Shown: positions 7,191 to 14,535 of the stretch, in pieces
Position numbering within the stretch: position 1 is the stretch's first letter
How the letters are laid out: the number at the start of each line of letters is the position of its first letter
Assembly (NCBI GenBank): GCA_028700905.1
Contig: JAQVRT010000012.1
Location: forward strand, 1 to 14,859
Length of the DNA stretch: 14,859 bases
Reading direction: 5' to 3'
Source: Candidatus Iainarchaeum sp.
GTDB taxonomy: Archaea; Iainarchaeota; Iainarchaeia; Iainarchaeales; CSSED10-239
The notes under the pieces: model-generated
The model's database searches: none
The model's input: only the letters and a program-made list of their open reading frames with translations
Told to the model about the DNA's origin: nothing
Program-made: the position numbers and the translations under genes

Positions 7191-8435
7191 ATGAAAAAAC
7201 CAATTATTTTAAGCCCAGTTGGAAATTGGGAGATGTTAGTTTCTGCTATTGATGCTGGATGTAATGCAGTTTATTTAGGTATTAAAGGCATAAATATGAG
7301 AGAGAGAGCACAAAATTTTACTTTGCAAAATATAAGTAAAGTTATTAAATATGCTCATGAAAGAAATGTTGAAGTTTATTTGACATTAAATACAATTATT
7401 TTTGATAAAGAAATTAATAAAGTTAAAAAAATATTAAAAAAAGTTAAAGAATTAAAAATTGATGGGGTTATTGCTTGGGATTTAGCAGTTATAAAACTTG
7501 CAAGAGAATATAAAGTTCCTGTTCATTTAAGTACACAAGCAAGTGTTTCAAATATTGAAGCTATTAAACAATATTATGCTTTAGGAGTTAGAAGATTTGT
7601 TCTTGCAAGAGAATTAACTTTAGAAGATATTAAAAAAATTGTTAAAAATGCAAAAAAAATAGATCCTAAAATTGAAATTGAAACATTTATACATGGTGCA
7701 ATGTGTGTATCTGTAAGTGGAAGATGTTTTATGTCTCAATTTTTATATGGAGATAAAACTTCTGCAAATAGAGGTAAATGTATACAACCTTGTAGACGAA
7801 AATATTTAGTTTTAGATCCTGAAACTAAAAAAGAACTTTTAGTTGAAAATAATTATGTTATGAGTCCAAAAGATATGAACACAATTTTATTTATAGATCA
7901 ATTAATAAAAGCTGGAATTGATGTTTTTAAAATTGAAGGAAGAATTAAAGGTGCAGAATATGTTAAAATAGTCACTGAATGTTATAAAGAAGCTATTGAT
8001 TTATATTTTAAAAAGAAATTAACTTTAAATAAAAAGAAAGAACTATATGAAAAATTAGATTCTGTTTATAATAGAGGTTTTTCAGATGGATTCTATCATG
8101 GAAAACCAATTAATCAATGGGCAGAACAATATGGTAATAAATCAGAAACTAAAAAAACATATATTGGGAAAGTTACTAAGATTTTTAAAAAAATTAATGT
8201 TGCAGAAGTAAAAATTGAAGGTACTAAACTTGAATTAAATGATAATATTTTATTTATTGGAGAAAAGACAGGTGTTATTGAGCAAAAAATAAATAGTATG
8301 CAAAAAGATGTAAACACTCCTTTAAAAGTTGCAAAAAAAGGAGATTTAATTGGAATTAAAATTAACTCAAATAAACTTCCTTATAAAAATGATAAAGTTT
8401 ATATTTTTCAAAAAGATAAACTTATAAATAGTTAA
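7191..8435 (+). CDS. U32 family protein (peptidase U32 fold; likely Fe-S dependent hydroxylase-type enzyme such as the RlhA/TrhP/UbiU group)
   Basis: 414 aa. The N-terminal U32 TIM-barrel pattern is ILSPVGNWEMLVSAIDAGCNAVYLG...VYLTLNT. The signature is ETFIHGAMCVSVSGRCFMSQF, with Cys172-X6-Cys179-X17-Cys197-X3-Cys201. The C-terminal domain (YIGKVTKI...GDLIGIKI) is typical of long U32 members. Confidence 0.9.
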   Translation: MKKPIILSPVGNWEMLVSAIDAGCNAVYLGIKGINMRERAQNFTLQNISKVIKYAHERNVEVYLTLNTIIFDKEINKVKKILKKVKELKIDGVIAWDLAVIKLAREYKVPVHLSTQASVSNIEAIKQYYALGVRRFVLARELTLEDIKKIVKNAKKIDPKIEIETFIHGAMCVSVSGRCFMSQFLYGDKTSANRGKCIQPCRRKYLVLDPETKKELLVENNYVMSPKDMNTILFIDQLIKAGIDVFKIEGRIKGAEYVKIVTECYKEAIDLYFKKKLTLNKKKELYEKLDSVYNRGFSDGFYHGKPINQWAEQYGNKSETKKTYIGKVTKIFKKINVAEVKIEGTKLELNDNILFIGEKTGVIEQKINSMQKDVNTPLKVAKKGDLIGIKINSNKLPYKNDKVYIFQKDKLINS

Positions 8436-8536
8436 AATAATAATATATAAATATAATTTGTATTTTAAAAAAGTGATCATGTATTAAAAAAGAAAAAAAT
8501 ATTTCCTTACCTAAAAAAACATTACTTGGAATTCAA

Positions 8537-9676
8537 ATGTTATTTGTTGCTTTTGGTGCAACTGTCTTAGTTCCACTTTTAATTGGTATTGATCCTTCTG
8601 TTGCTTTATTTACAGCTGGACTTGGAACTTTAATATTTCATTTAATTACTGGTGGTATAGTTCCTATATTTTTAGGAAGTTCTTTTGTTTTTATCGTACC
8701 AATTATTGCAGCAACACAGCTATATGGTTATTCAGGGGCATTGAGTGGACTTATAGCGGTAGGTTTAGTTTTTATAATTGTATCTTTAATTATTAGAAAA
8801 AAAGGTATTGTTTTTATTAAAAAAATATTCCCTCCAATTGTTGTGGGGCCTGTAATTATGGTTATAGGACTTTCACTTTCTTCAACTGCAGTTGAAATGT
8901 CTTCTCATAATTGGATTCTTGCAAGTATAACTTTAATTACAGCAATTATTATTTCTGTTTTTGGAAAAAGAACAATTAAATTACTTCCAATTATTGGAAG
9001 TATAATTTTCACTTATATTATAGCAATGATATTTGGAATGGTTGATTATTCAAGTATTATTAGTGCAAGTTGGATTTCACTTCCAAACTTTATAACACCA
9101 ACTTTTAGTTTAGGTGCAATTCTTTTAATTATCCCAGTAGCAATAGCTCCAATGATTGAACATGTAGGAGATATGTATGCAATAAGTAAAGCTACAGGAA
9201 AAGATTTTATTAAAAAACCAGGAATTCATAAGACAATGCTTGGAGATGGTCTTACAACTATTATTGCAGCTTTATTTGGTGGTCCTCCAAACACAACATA
9301 TTCAGAAGTTACAGGTGCAATTGTTTTAACAAAATTAAAAGATCCTATGATTTTAAGAATTTCTGCAATTACAGCAATATGTTTTGCATTAATAGGAAAA
9401 ATAAGTGGTTTTTTACAAACAATTCCAGATTCAATATTAGGTGGAACTTTAATATTATTATTTGGTATGATTACAATTGTAGGTATAAAATCTATTGTTG
9501 AATCTACAACAAATTTAAATAAAACCAAAAATATGATAATAGCAGGTGTAATGCTAACAATTGGGGTTGGTGGAGCTGTTATTTCTTCAGGTACTTTTTC
9601 AATTGAAGGTGTAGGTCTTGCATCAATTGTAGGAATTGTTTTAAATTTAGTTTTACCTGAAAAAGAAATTATTTAG
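8537..9676 (+). CDS. NCS2 family nucleobase:cation symporter (uracil/xanthine permease-like)
   Basis: 379 aa from the first ATG. Motifs are FGATVLVPLL (TM1), IPIFLGSSFVFI, IEHVGD and LGDGLTTIIAALFGGPPNTTYSEVTGAIVLTK (NAT signature region). The true start is probably upstream at ATT 8483 (see findings). Coordinates here follow the first canonical start. Confidence 0.88.
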   Translation: MLFVAFGATVLVPLLIGIDPSVALFTAGLGTLIFHLITGGIVPIFLGSSFVFIVPIIAATQLYGYSGALSGLIAVGLVFIIVSLIIRKKGIVFIKKIFPPIVVGPVIMVIGLSLSSTAVEMSSHNWILASITLITAIIISVFGKRTIKLLPIIGSIIFTYIIAMIFGMVDYSSIISASWISLPNFITPTFSLGAILLIIPVAIAPMIEHVGDMYAISKATGKDFIKKPGIHKTMLGDGLTTIIAALFGGPPNTTYSEVTGAIVLTKLKDPMILRISAITAICFALIGKISGFLQTIPDSILGGTLILLFGMITIVGIKSIVESTTNLNKTKNMIIAGVMLTIGVGGAVISSGTFSIEGVGLASIVGIVLNLVLPEKEII

Positions 9677-10379
9677 GTCTTTTTAATTTTAAAAAATTAG
9701 GTATTCTTTTAAAAGATAAAGGTGCTTTTTTTTCTTTTAAATGATTTAATAATAGTCTCTTTACTCTTTCTTTATTTGGATTTAATTCTCCAAGTTTATT
9801 AAAATATCTATCTCTTATTTTACCATTTATTGTAATTAATCTATCAATTTTTAAAACTGTTTCTTGAATTTCAATATTTGCTTTCTTATATTGAATTCTT
9901 TCCAGAACTAAACTTTTTAATTTAGCTTTGTCTTTTTCTTTTTTTATTCTTTCTTCTAATTTTTTAATAATTTTTGAATTTGTTTCTAATTGCTTTTTTT
10001 TATTTTTAATATAATTTTTATTATATTCATTTTGTAAAGTAACTGGATCATAAACAATTTTTTTACCAGTCTTTAGTGAAGCTTTAATAAAAGAATCTAA
10101 AATTATTTCATAAAATGGTTTTTCTAAGTTTTTATAATTAAAATTATTTTCTTCTTGTTTTACACCTTGTATAAAATTAATAATTATTTTATTAGATGTT
10201 GGAGAATTAGTATAATTTATAAGTCCAAGAGGATTATTTTTATGATATAGCACCATAATAGGTGAATATACTTTAGATTTATAAACAAATCCATCAGGAA
10301 AAACCCAATAACTTTTTTTCTTAAAATAAAAATCATTACTGGGTTTATTCTTTAATAGATCTAGAAATATATTTTTCAT
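9669..10379 (-). CDS. hypothetical protein (globular N-terminal domain plus Lys-rich coiled-coil and basic tail)
   Basis: 236 aa ORF. It starts 9 nt after the stop of the CofE-like gene on the same strand. Its 3' end overlaps the convergent permease gene by 8 nt. The central KKQLETNSKIIKKLEERIKKEKDKAKLK region looks like coiled coil. No family recognised. Confidence 0.6.
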   Translation of the reverse strand: MKNIFLDLLKNKPSNDFYFKKKSYWVFPDGFVYKSKVYSPIMVLYHKNNPLGLINYTNSPTSNKIIINFIQGVKQEENNFNYKNLEKPFYEIILDSFIKASLKTGKKIVYDPVTLQNEYNKNYIKNKKKQLETNSKIIKKLEERIKKEKDKAKLKSLVLERIQYKKANIEIQETVLKIDRLITINGKIRDRYFNKLGELNPNKERVKRLLLNHLKEKKAPLSFKRIPNFLKLKRPK

Positions 10380-10388
10380 ACTTAAAAA

Positions 10389-11579
10389 CTATATAAATCC
10401 TCTAACAATTACAACAGGAGTATTAGAATCTGCAGAACCAGAAACTAAATCTGCTAAAGATGAAACTAAATTTTCTATTTTTCTTGGTGTTGTTCCTTGA
10501 GCTGAAAAAGAATCTTTTTTTTGTTCTCTTACAAATTTTTCTTTTTCTTCTTCAATAATTTTAGAAATTTCTTCTTTACTTTTTCCATCATTATATAATT
10601 TTTGCATTAAAAATTTAGTTTTAACACCTATTCTATTTCTATTCTTTATTCCAGGAGTTACTCCAAAAGCAGAAACTGGATCTGCAAGTTCATATATTCC
10701 TGATTCAGGATCTTTATAAGCCCCATCACCATAAATAATAACTTCTACATCCTTAGAAAATTCTTCTTTAATCATTTTTTGAACATCAAGACAAACTAGA
10801 TCTCCATTTTTTGGAGCTAATTTTATTTTTTCATTTTCAGGATCTAAAATATTTGAACCTAATAATCCATATTCAGAATAAGCTTCTTTTTTAGAATCAC
10901 TACAAATATCTTGAAGAGTAATAACATTTTGATACTCTCTTTTTTTAATTGCATTTAAAGTATCGTTTCTATGATGTACATTTGATACAATTATTCCATC
11001 TGGTTTTTTATCAACTAAATATCTAGTAGAATTTGCAAGATATATCTCAACATCACAACCTTCTTTTTTAACAATAGATTCATAAAATCCAATATAATCA
11101 AGACCTGTTTCAGGATGTAAAAACCTATCTTTTCCAATTTCGTCAGTTGTTATTTTATCCTCAAAAGTTTTATCTAACTTATGTAACATTTTACTATCAG
11201 TGATTGGATTTCCTTGTTCATCATCAGGAAACTTAAGTTGAATTATTATTTTTCCTTTAGGAACTGTTTTTGCAATTCCTTTTAAAATCATTGAAAATCT
11301 ATTTCTTGAAAGAATAGGGTATATAATTCCAATAGTTGAATCTTCTTTAAGATTTAATTTTTCTTTAATTTCTTTTGAAACATCGTTTAAATAGACATAG
11401 TTTTTTTGAGTTATTGCAACAACTGCTTCAGTCATACAAACAATATCTCCATTGTCTATTAAATCTTTTTCTTTTTTTAAAGAATTTTTAACAACATCAA
11501 CCATATTATCTTCAAAAGTTACAATTCCAGTCTTTACACCAAAAGCTATAACTCCTAAATTATTTCTATTTAATTCCAT
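10389..11579 (-). CDS. CofE-like protein (F420-0:gamma-glutamyl ligase family, long form)
   Basis: 396 aa. The N-terminal segment NGDIVCMTEAVVAITQ aligns with the GD(I/V)VV(I/V)(S/T)SK(V/I)VSKAEG segment of CofE/FbiB. A central GLLGSN matches the (V)DGSN motif. The C-terminus SLADLVSGSADSNTPVVIVRGF matches the CofE/FbiB end (AADLV.G....TPV.VVRGF). It is about 150 aa longer than canonical archaeal CofE. SD AGGTGGAG lies 9 nt upstream. Confidence 0.75.
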   Translation of the reverse strand: MELNRNNLGVIAFGVKTGIVTFEDNMVDVVKNSLKKEKDLIDNGDIVCMTEAVVAITQKNYVYLNDVSKEIKEKLNLKEDSTIGIIYPILSRNRFSMILKGIAKTVPKGKIIIQLKFPDDEQGNPITDSKMLHKLDKTFEDKITTDEIGKDRFLHPETGLDYIGFYESIVKKEGCDVEIYLANSTRYLVDKKPDGIIVSNVHHRNDTLNAIKKREYQNVITLQDICSDSKKEAYSEYGLLGSNILDPENEKIKLAPKNGDLVCLDVQKMIKEEFSKDVEVIIYGDGAYKDPESGIYELADPVSAFGVTPGIKNRNRIGVKTKFLMQKLYNDGKSKEEISKIIEEEKEKFVREQKKDSFSAQGTTPRKIENLVSSLADLVSGSADSNTPVVIVRGFI

Positions 11580-11588
11580 AAGATTTTC

Positions 11589-11634
11589 TCCACCTACATT
11601 TTTTAATAATATTAATTAAATACATGTAGATGGA
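11589..11634 (-). promoter_or_regulatory. RNA hairpin that sequesters the Shine-Dalgarno sequence of the CofE-like gene
   Basis: The minus-strand RNA reads UCCAUCUACAU-(24 nt A/U loop)-AUGUAGGUGGA-GAAAAUCUU-AUG. The stem is 11 bp with one G.U pair. That position would be an A/C mismatch on the plus strand. The 3' arm contains the only SD-like element for the gene. No U-tract follows. Confidence 0.4.
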
Positions 11635-11666
11635 TATCTTAATAAATCTTTTCTTACTCACAATTT

Positions 11667-12236
11667 TTATTTAAATTTTCCTTCAATTGCAATTTCAGAA
11701 AGTTCTTTTCTTGAAGAAACAATTTCTTTATCTTGGAGTTCTACAGGTAAATCTTCAATTTTTCCTTTTTTACCTACTGCTAACATTGCAAGTATATGGT
11801 AATTTTCAGGAATCTCTAAATTTTTTCTTATTTTTTTGTAATCAAAACCAGACATAGCATGTCCAACAAGATCTAAATCTTTTGCTTGAAGAGCCATATT
11901 TTCCATTGCAGCCCCAGAATCAAATATATTTATTATTTCTTCTTTGTCATTAAACATTTTATCTGCAATTACAAGAATAATAACAGATGCATTTTTAACC
12001 CAAGATTTATTAAAATCAACTAAACTTTCAAAAAATAAATCCCATTCTTTTGTTTCTCTTTTTGCATATAAAAATTTCCATGGTTGATAATTATATGCTG
12101 AAGGAGCATATCTTCCTGCCTCTAAAATAGCAAAAAGCTCTCTATTATCTATTTCTTCTCCACTCATAGCTCTAGGAGAAGTTCTATTTAATATTAGTTT
12201 ATTTACATTATATTCTGATTTTCTTTCTGATGACAT
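11667..12236 (-). CDS. nitroreductase family (FMN-dependent) protein
   Basis: 189 aa. Classic nitroreductase-fold motifs are present: NRTSPRAMSGEEI...LEAGRYAPSAYNYQPWKFLY, then FDSGAAMENMALQA and AMLAVG. SD GAGGTG lies 8 nt upstream. Confidence 0.88.
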   Translation of the reverse strand: MSSERKSEYNVNKLILNRTSPRAMSGEEIDNRELFAILEAGRYAPSAYNYQPWKFLYAKRETKEWDLFFESLVDFNKSWVKNASVIILVIADKMFNDKEEIINIFDSGAAMENMALQAKDLDLVGHAMSGFDYKKIRKNLEIPENYHILAMLAVGKKGKIEDLPVELQDKEIVSSRKELSEIAIEGKFK

Positions 12237-12516
12237 GTATATTACACCTCTTTATTTTTTTTATAAATTTTGTTTATTTTTAAGAAAAAATAAATTATAG
12301 AAATAGCTATATATTTAGGTACAGAAGTGTATTTATATGTATTTATTTTCATATGTTGTTCAATTTAATAAATATATTCTCATTAACCCTCAATTCTTAA
12401 CAAAATACTAATTTTTAAGTTTTTTCACCAATATCTTTTTAAAGATTTCCAACTACATTTTTTTATTATTTTTAAAAAATAATTGTGAAATTAGAAAAAA
12501 TAGGTTGTGATAAGAA

Positions 12517-12804
12517 ATGTTATATAAATATTGTTCAAATTGTTTTTCAATAGATGTTAAATATCTTCCTGCTGAAAAAAAATATCATTGTTTAAAATGT
12601 AATTTTAAGGGTGACTTTAAAGAAGATTCAATAGACAAGATAAACAACTATAAAAAACAAGGTAGTACTGTTATTCAAAGAGATACATTTATTGAAGCAA
12701 AAAAAGAAGTTACATCAAGCAATGAAGAATTTGATTCAATTGATGATAAAATTAAAAGTAAATTTGGTGAAAAATCCAAAAATTCTGATTGGGAACTTTT
12801 ATAG
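12517..12804 (+). CDS. zinc-ribbon protein of unknown function
   Basis: 95 aa. The N-terminal motif is CxxC-X15-CxxC (CSNC...CLKC), followed by an acidic/Lys-rich tail that looks disordered and ends in SDWELL. GTGAT SD at 12507..12511 lies 5 nt before the ATG. Confidence 0.6.
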   Translation: MLYKYCSNCFSIDVKYLPAEKKYHCLKCNFKGDFKEDSIDKINNYKKQGSTVIQRDTFIEAKKEVTSSNEEFDSIDDKIKSKFGEKSKNSDWELL

Positions 12805-13100
12805 GTGTTATTATAGAAAAAAAATTTAGTATATTTGTTCCAAATGTTTTTTTAAAATATTTTGTAATCACTTCAGCAATAGTTTCTATAACAGAAACTG
12901 AAATAATTGTAAATTATTTGTTTTTTTTTAAGAAAAGAGTTTCTTTAAAAGAAATTAAAAATATAAAAATTGAAAATAATATTTTAGGAAAAGAAACTGT
13001 TTTAAGAGTAAATTTAAAATCAAATCAAAAAATTACATTTAGTTTTTATTCAAAAAAAAATCTTGATAAATTAAAAAAAGAATTACTTAAAAAATTATAA
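12789..13100 (+). CDS. hypothetical protein (beta-rich, possibly bacterial-PH-like C-terminal half); start uncertain
   Basis: The open frame is 103 codons and begins directly after an in-frame TGA. It has no in-frame ATG or GTG, and the only early start candidate is TTG 12789. That TTG lies inside the last 16 nt of the zinc-ribbon gene. Codon usage looks coding. The 3' end overlaps the convergent gene by 6 nt. Confidence 0.4.
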   Translation: MGTFIGVIIEKKFSIFVPNVFLKYFVITSAIVSITETEIIVNYLFFFKKRVSLKEIKNIKIENNILGKETVLRVNLKSNQKITFSFYSKKNLDKLKKELLKKL

Positions 13101-13940
13101 CTTTTCATAAACTTCTTTTAAAAAAAGTGCATCTTCAACAATTTCTGGAGATTCACAAATAACAGTTCCTGTAGTTTTATTATCTTTTAAATGTGTTAAA
13201 ATTTCTTTATAAGGCAGGTCTGCTTCTCTAAAAGGAAGATGATGTTTTTCTCCTTTTTCACCATAGGCAATACCAGACATATGCATATGAAGATTTTTAA
13301 AAATTTCAGGATAACTTTTTAATTTTTCAAAAAATAAAGATACATTTTTTTTATCTTTAAAATAACCATTTTCTCTTGCATGTTGATGTGCAAAATCAAT
13401 AACTGGTTTTACAAACTTAGGATGTTTGTCAATAAAATAAAATATTTCATCAATTGAACCTACTTGTGTTTTTTTACCTGTAAGTTCGATACCAAGTTTT
13501 GTATCTCCTTTATATTTATCTTCAATTAAAGAAATTTGATGAGATATGTTTTCTAAAACTTTTTTAGGTTCTTGTTTTAAAAAATATCCTATATGGCAAA
13601 CAATTGTTTTAGCACCAATTTCATGTCCAACATTTAAGGAATCTAAAATATATCTGTGAGAATTAATTATTTTATTTTCTTCAATAGCATTAAGGTTTAT
13701 AAAATAAGGAGCATGTATACTTAAACTAACATTACTATTAATTGCATTATTCTTAATTTCTTCTTTTTTTTCAAGAACACTATTCTTTAAATAAACAGAT
13801 CTTACAAATTCAATTTCCATTGCGCTAAGACCTATTTTTGAAACCTCTAAAATAGCATCTGCAGTTGGATTTTTACTATTTTTTGGAATTTCTAAAATAG
13901 TTCCTCCAAAACCAGCAGGTCCAAAATTTAATTTATTCAT
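13095..13940 (-). CDS. endonuclease IV family protein (AP endonuclease family 2, xylose isomerase-like TIM barrel)
   Basis: 281 aa. Counterparts of all Nfo metal-ligand blocks appear in order: SIHAPYFINL, VCHIGY, GIELTG, IDFAHQHA, HMHMSG, GEKHH and ICESP. The start overlaps the upstream stop as ATGA. Confidence 0.85.
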   Translation of the reverse strand: MNKLNFGPAGFGGTILEIPKNSKNPTADAILEVSKIGLSAMEIEFVRSVYLKNSVLEKKEEIKNNAINSNVSLSIHAPYFINLNAIEENKIINSHRYILDSLNVGHEIGAKTIVCHIGYFLKQEPKKVLENISHQISLIEDKYKGDTKLGIELTGKKTQVGSIDEIFYFIDKHPKFVKPVIDFAHQHARENGYFKDKKNVSLFFEKLKSYPEIFKNLHMHMSGIAYGEKGEKHHLPFREADLPYKEILTHLKDNKTTGTVICESPEIVEDALFLKEVYEKL

Positions 13941-14527
13941 TCTTCTTCAATTTTTGTTATATTTACATAATTAAGTTTAACTTTATAATCTAATTTTTTA
14001 TAAAAATCATTTTGTTTTTTTAAATTATCAATAAAATAAATATATTCTTTACAAATAGATGATAAATCAGAATCCATTTTTTTATATTTTTTACAATTAA
14101 TTTCAAACTGTCCTATATTACCTGTTATTTTTTGTTCTGAATAAGCAATATCGTCATAATTAACATCCTTATTTACAACATATCCAAAATTATCACCTAA
14201 TTTTTTATTATTTTCAATAATATTTATATTATATTTAGATTCAAAAGCTAAATTATTAAAATAAGGGTCAAATAATTTTTCAAATAAATAAAATTTATAA
14301 TTATAATCATAAATTAACCCAGATTTATACATTTCATCAACATTATTTGGTCTTGTATCAGCATTAATTCTTATAATACCTTCAAAAGTATAATTTTTAT
14401 ATACTAAATAGTTTTTAATACCATTATCGTCAACACTATAACTAATATATCCTTTAGGATAATTTAGATAAATAATAAAAACTATTATTATTAGTATAAA
14501 AAAAATTAAATAAATTTTTCTAATCAT
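13937..14527 (-). CDS. membrane-anchored (N-terminal signal-anchor) Asn/Tyr-rich protein of unknown function
   Basis: 196 aa. The N-terminal hydrophobic helix is IYLIFFILIIIVFIIYL, and the remainder is hydrophilic with two Cys. It starts 8 nt after the ferredoxin stop and overlaps the next gene by 4 nt. No family recognised. Confidence 0.6.
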   Translation of the reverse strand: MIRKIYLIFFILIIIVFIIYLNYPKGYISYSVDDNGIKNYLVYKNYTFEGIIRINADTRPNNVDEMYKSGLIYDYNYKFYLFEKLFDPYFNNLAFESKYNINIIENNKKLGDNFGYVVNKDVNYDDIAYSEQKITGNIGQFEINCKKYKKMDSDLSSICKEYIYFIDNLKKQNDFYKKLDYKVKLNYVNITKIEEE

Positions 14528-14535
14528 ATTTAATT

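Noticed and set aside
8114-8317. A 67-aa minus-strand ORF lies inside the U32 gene.
   Set aside because: It is an antisense shadow of a well-supported gene.
9226-9528. A 100-aa minus-strand ORF lies inside the permease gene.
   Set aside because: It is antisense to the NAT signature region of the permease, so it is a shadow ORF.
12461-12485. A near-palindromic A/T run TTATTTTTAAAAAATAA lies upstream of the zinc-ribbon gene.
   Set aside because: It consists of A and T only, is off by one base from true symmetry, and is of a kind expected by chance in this composition.
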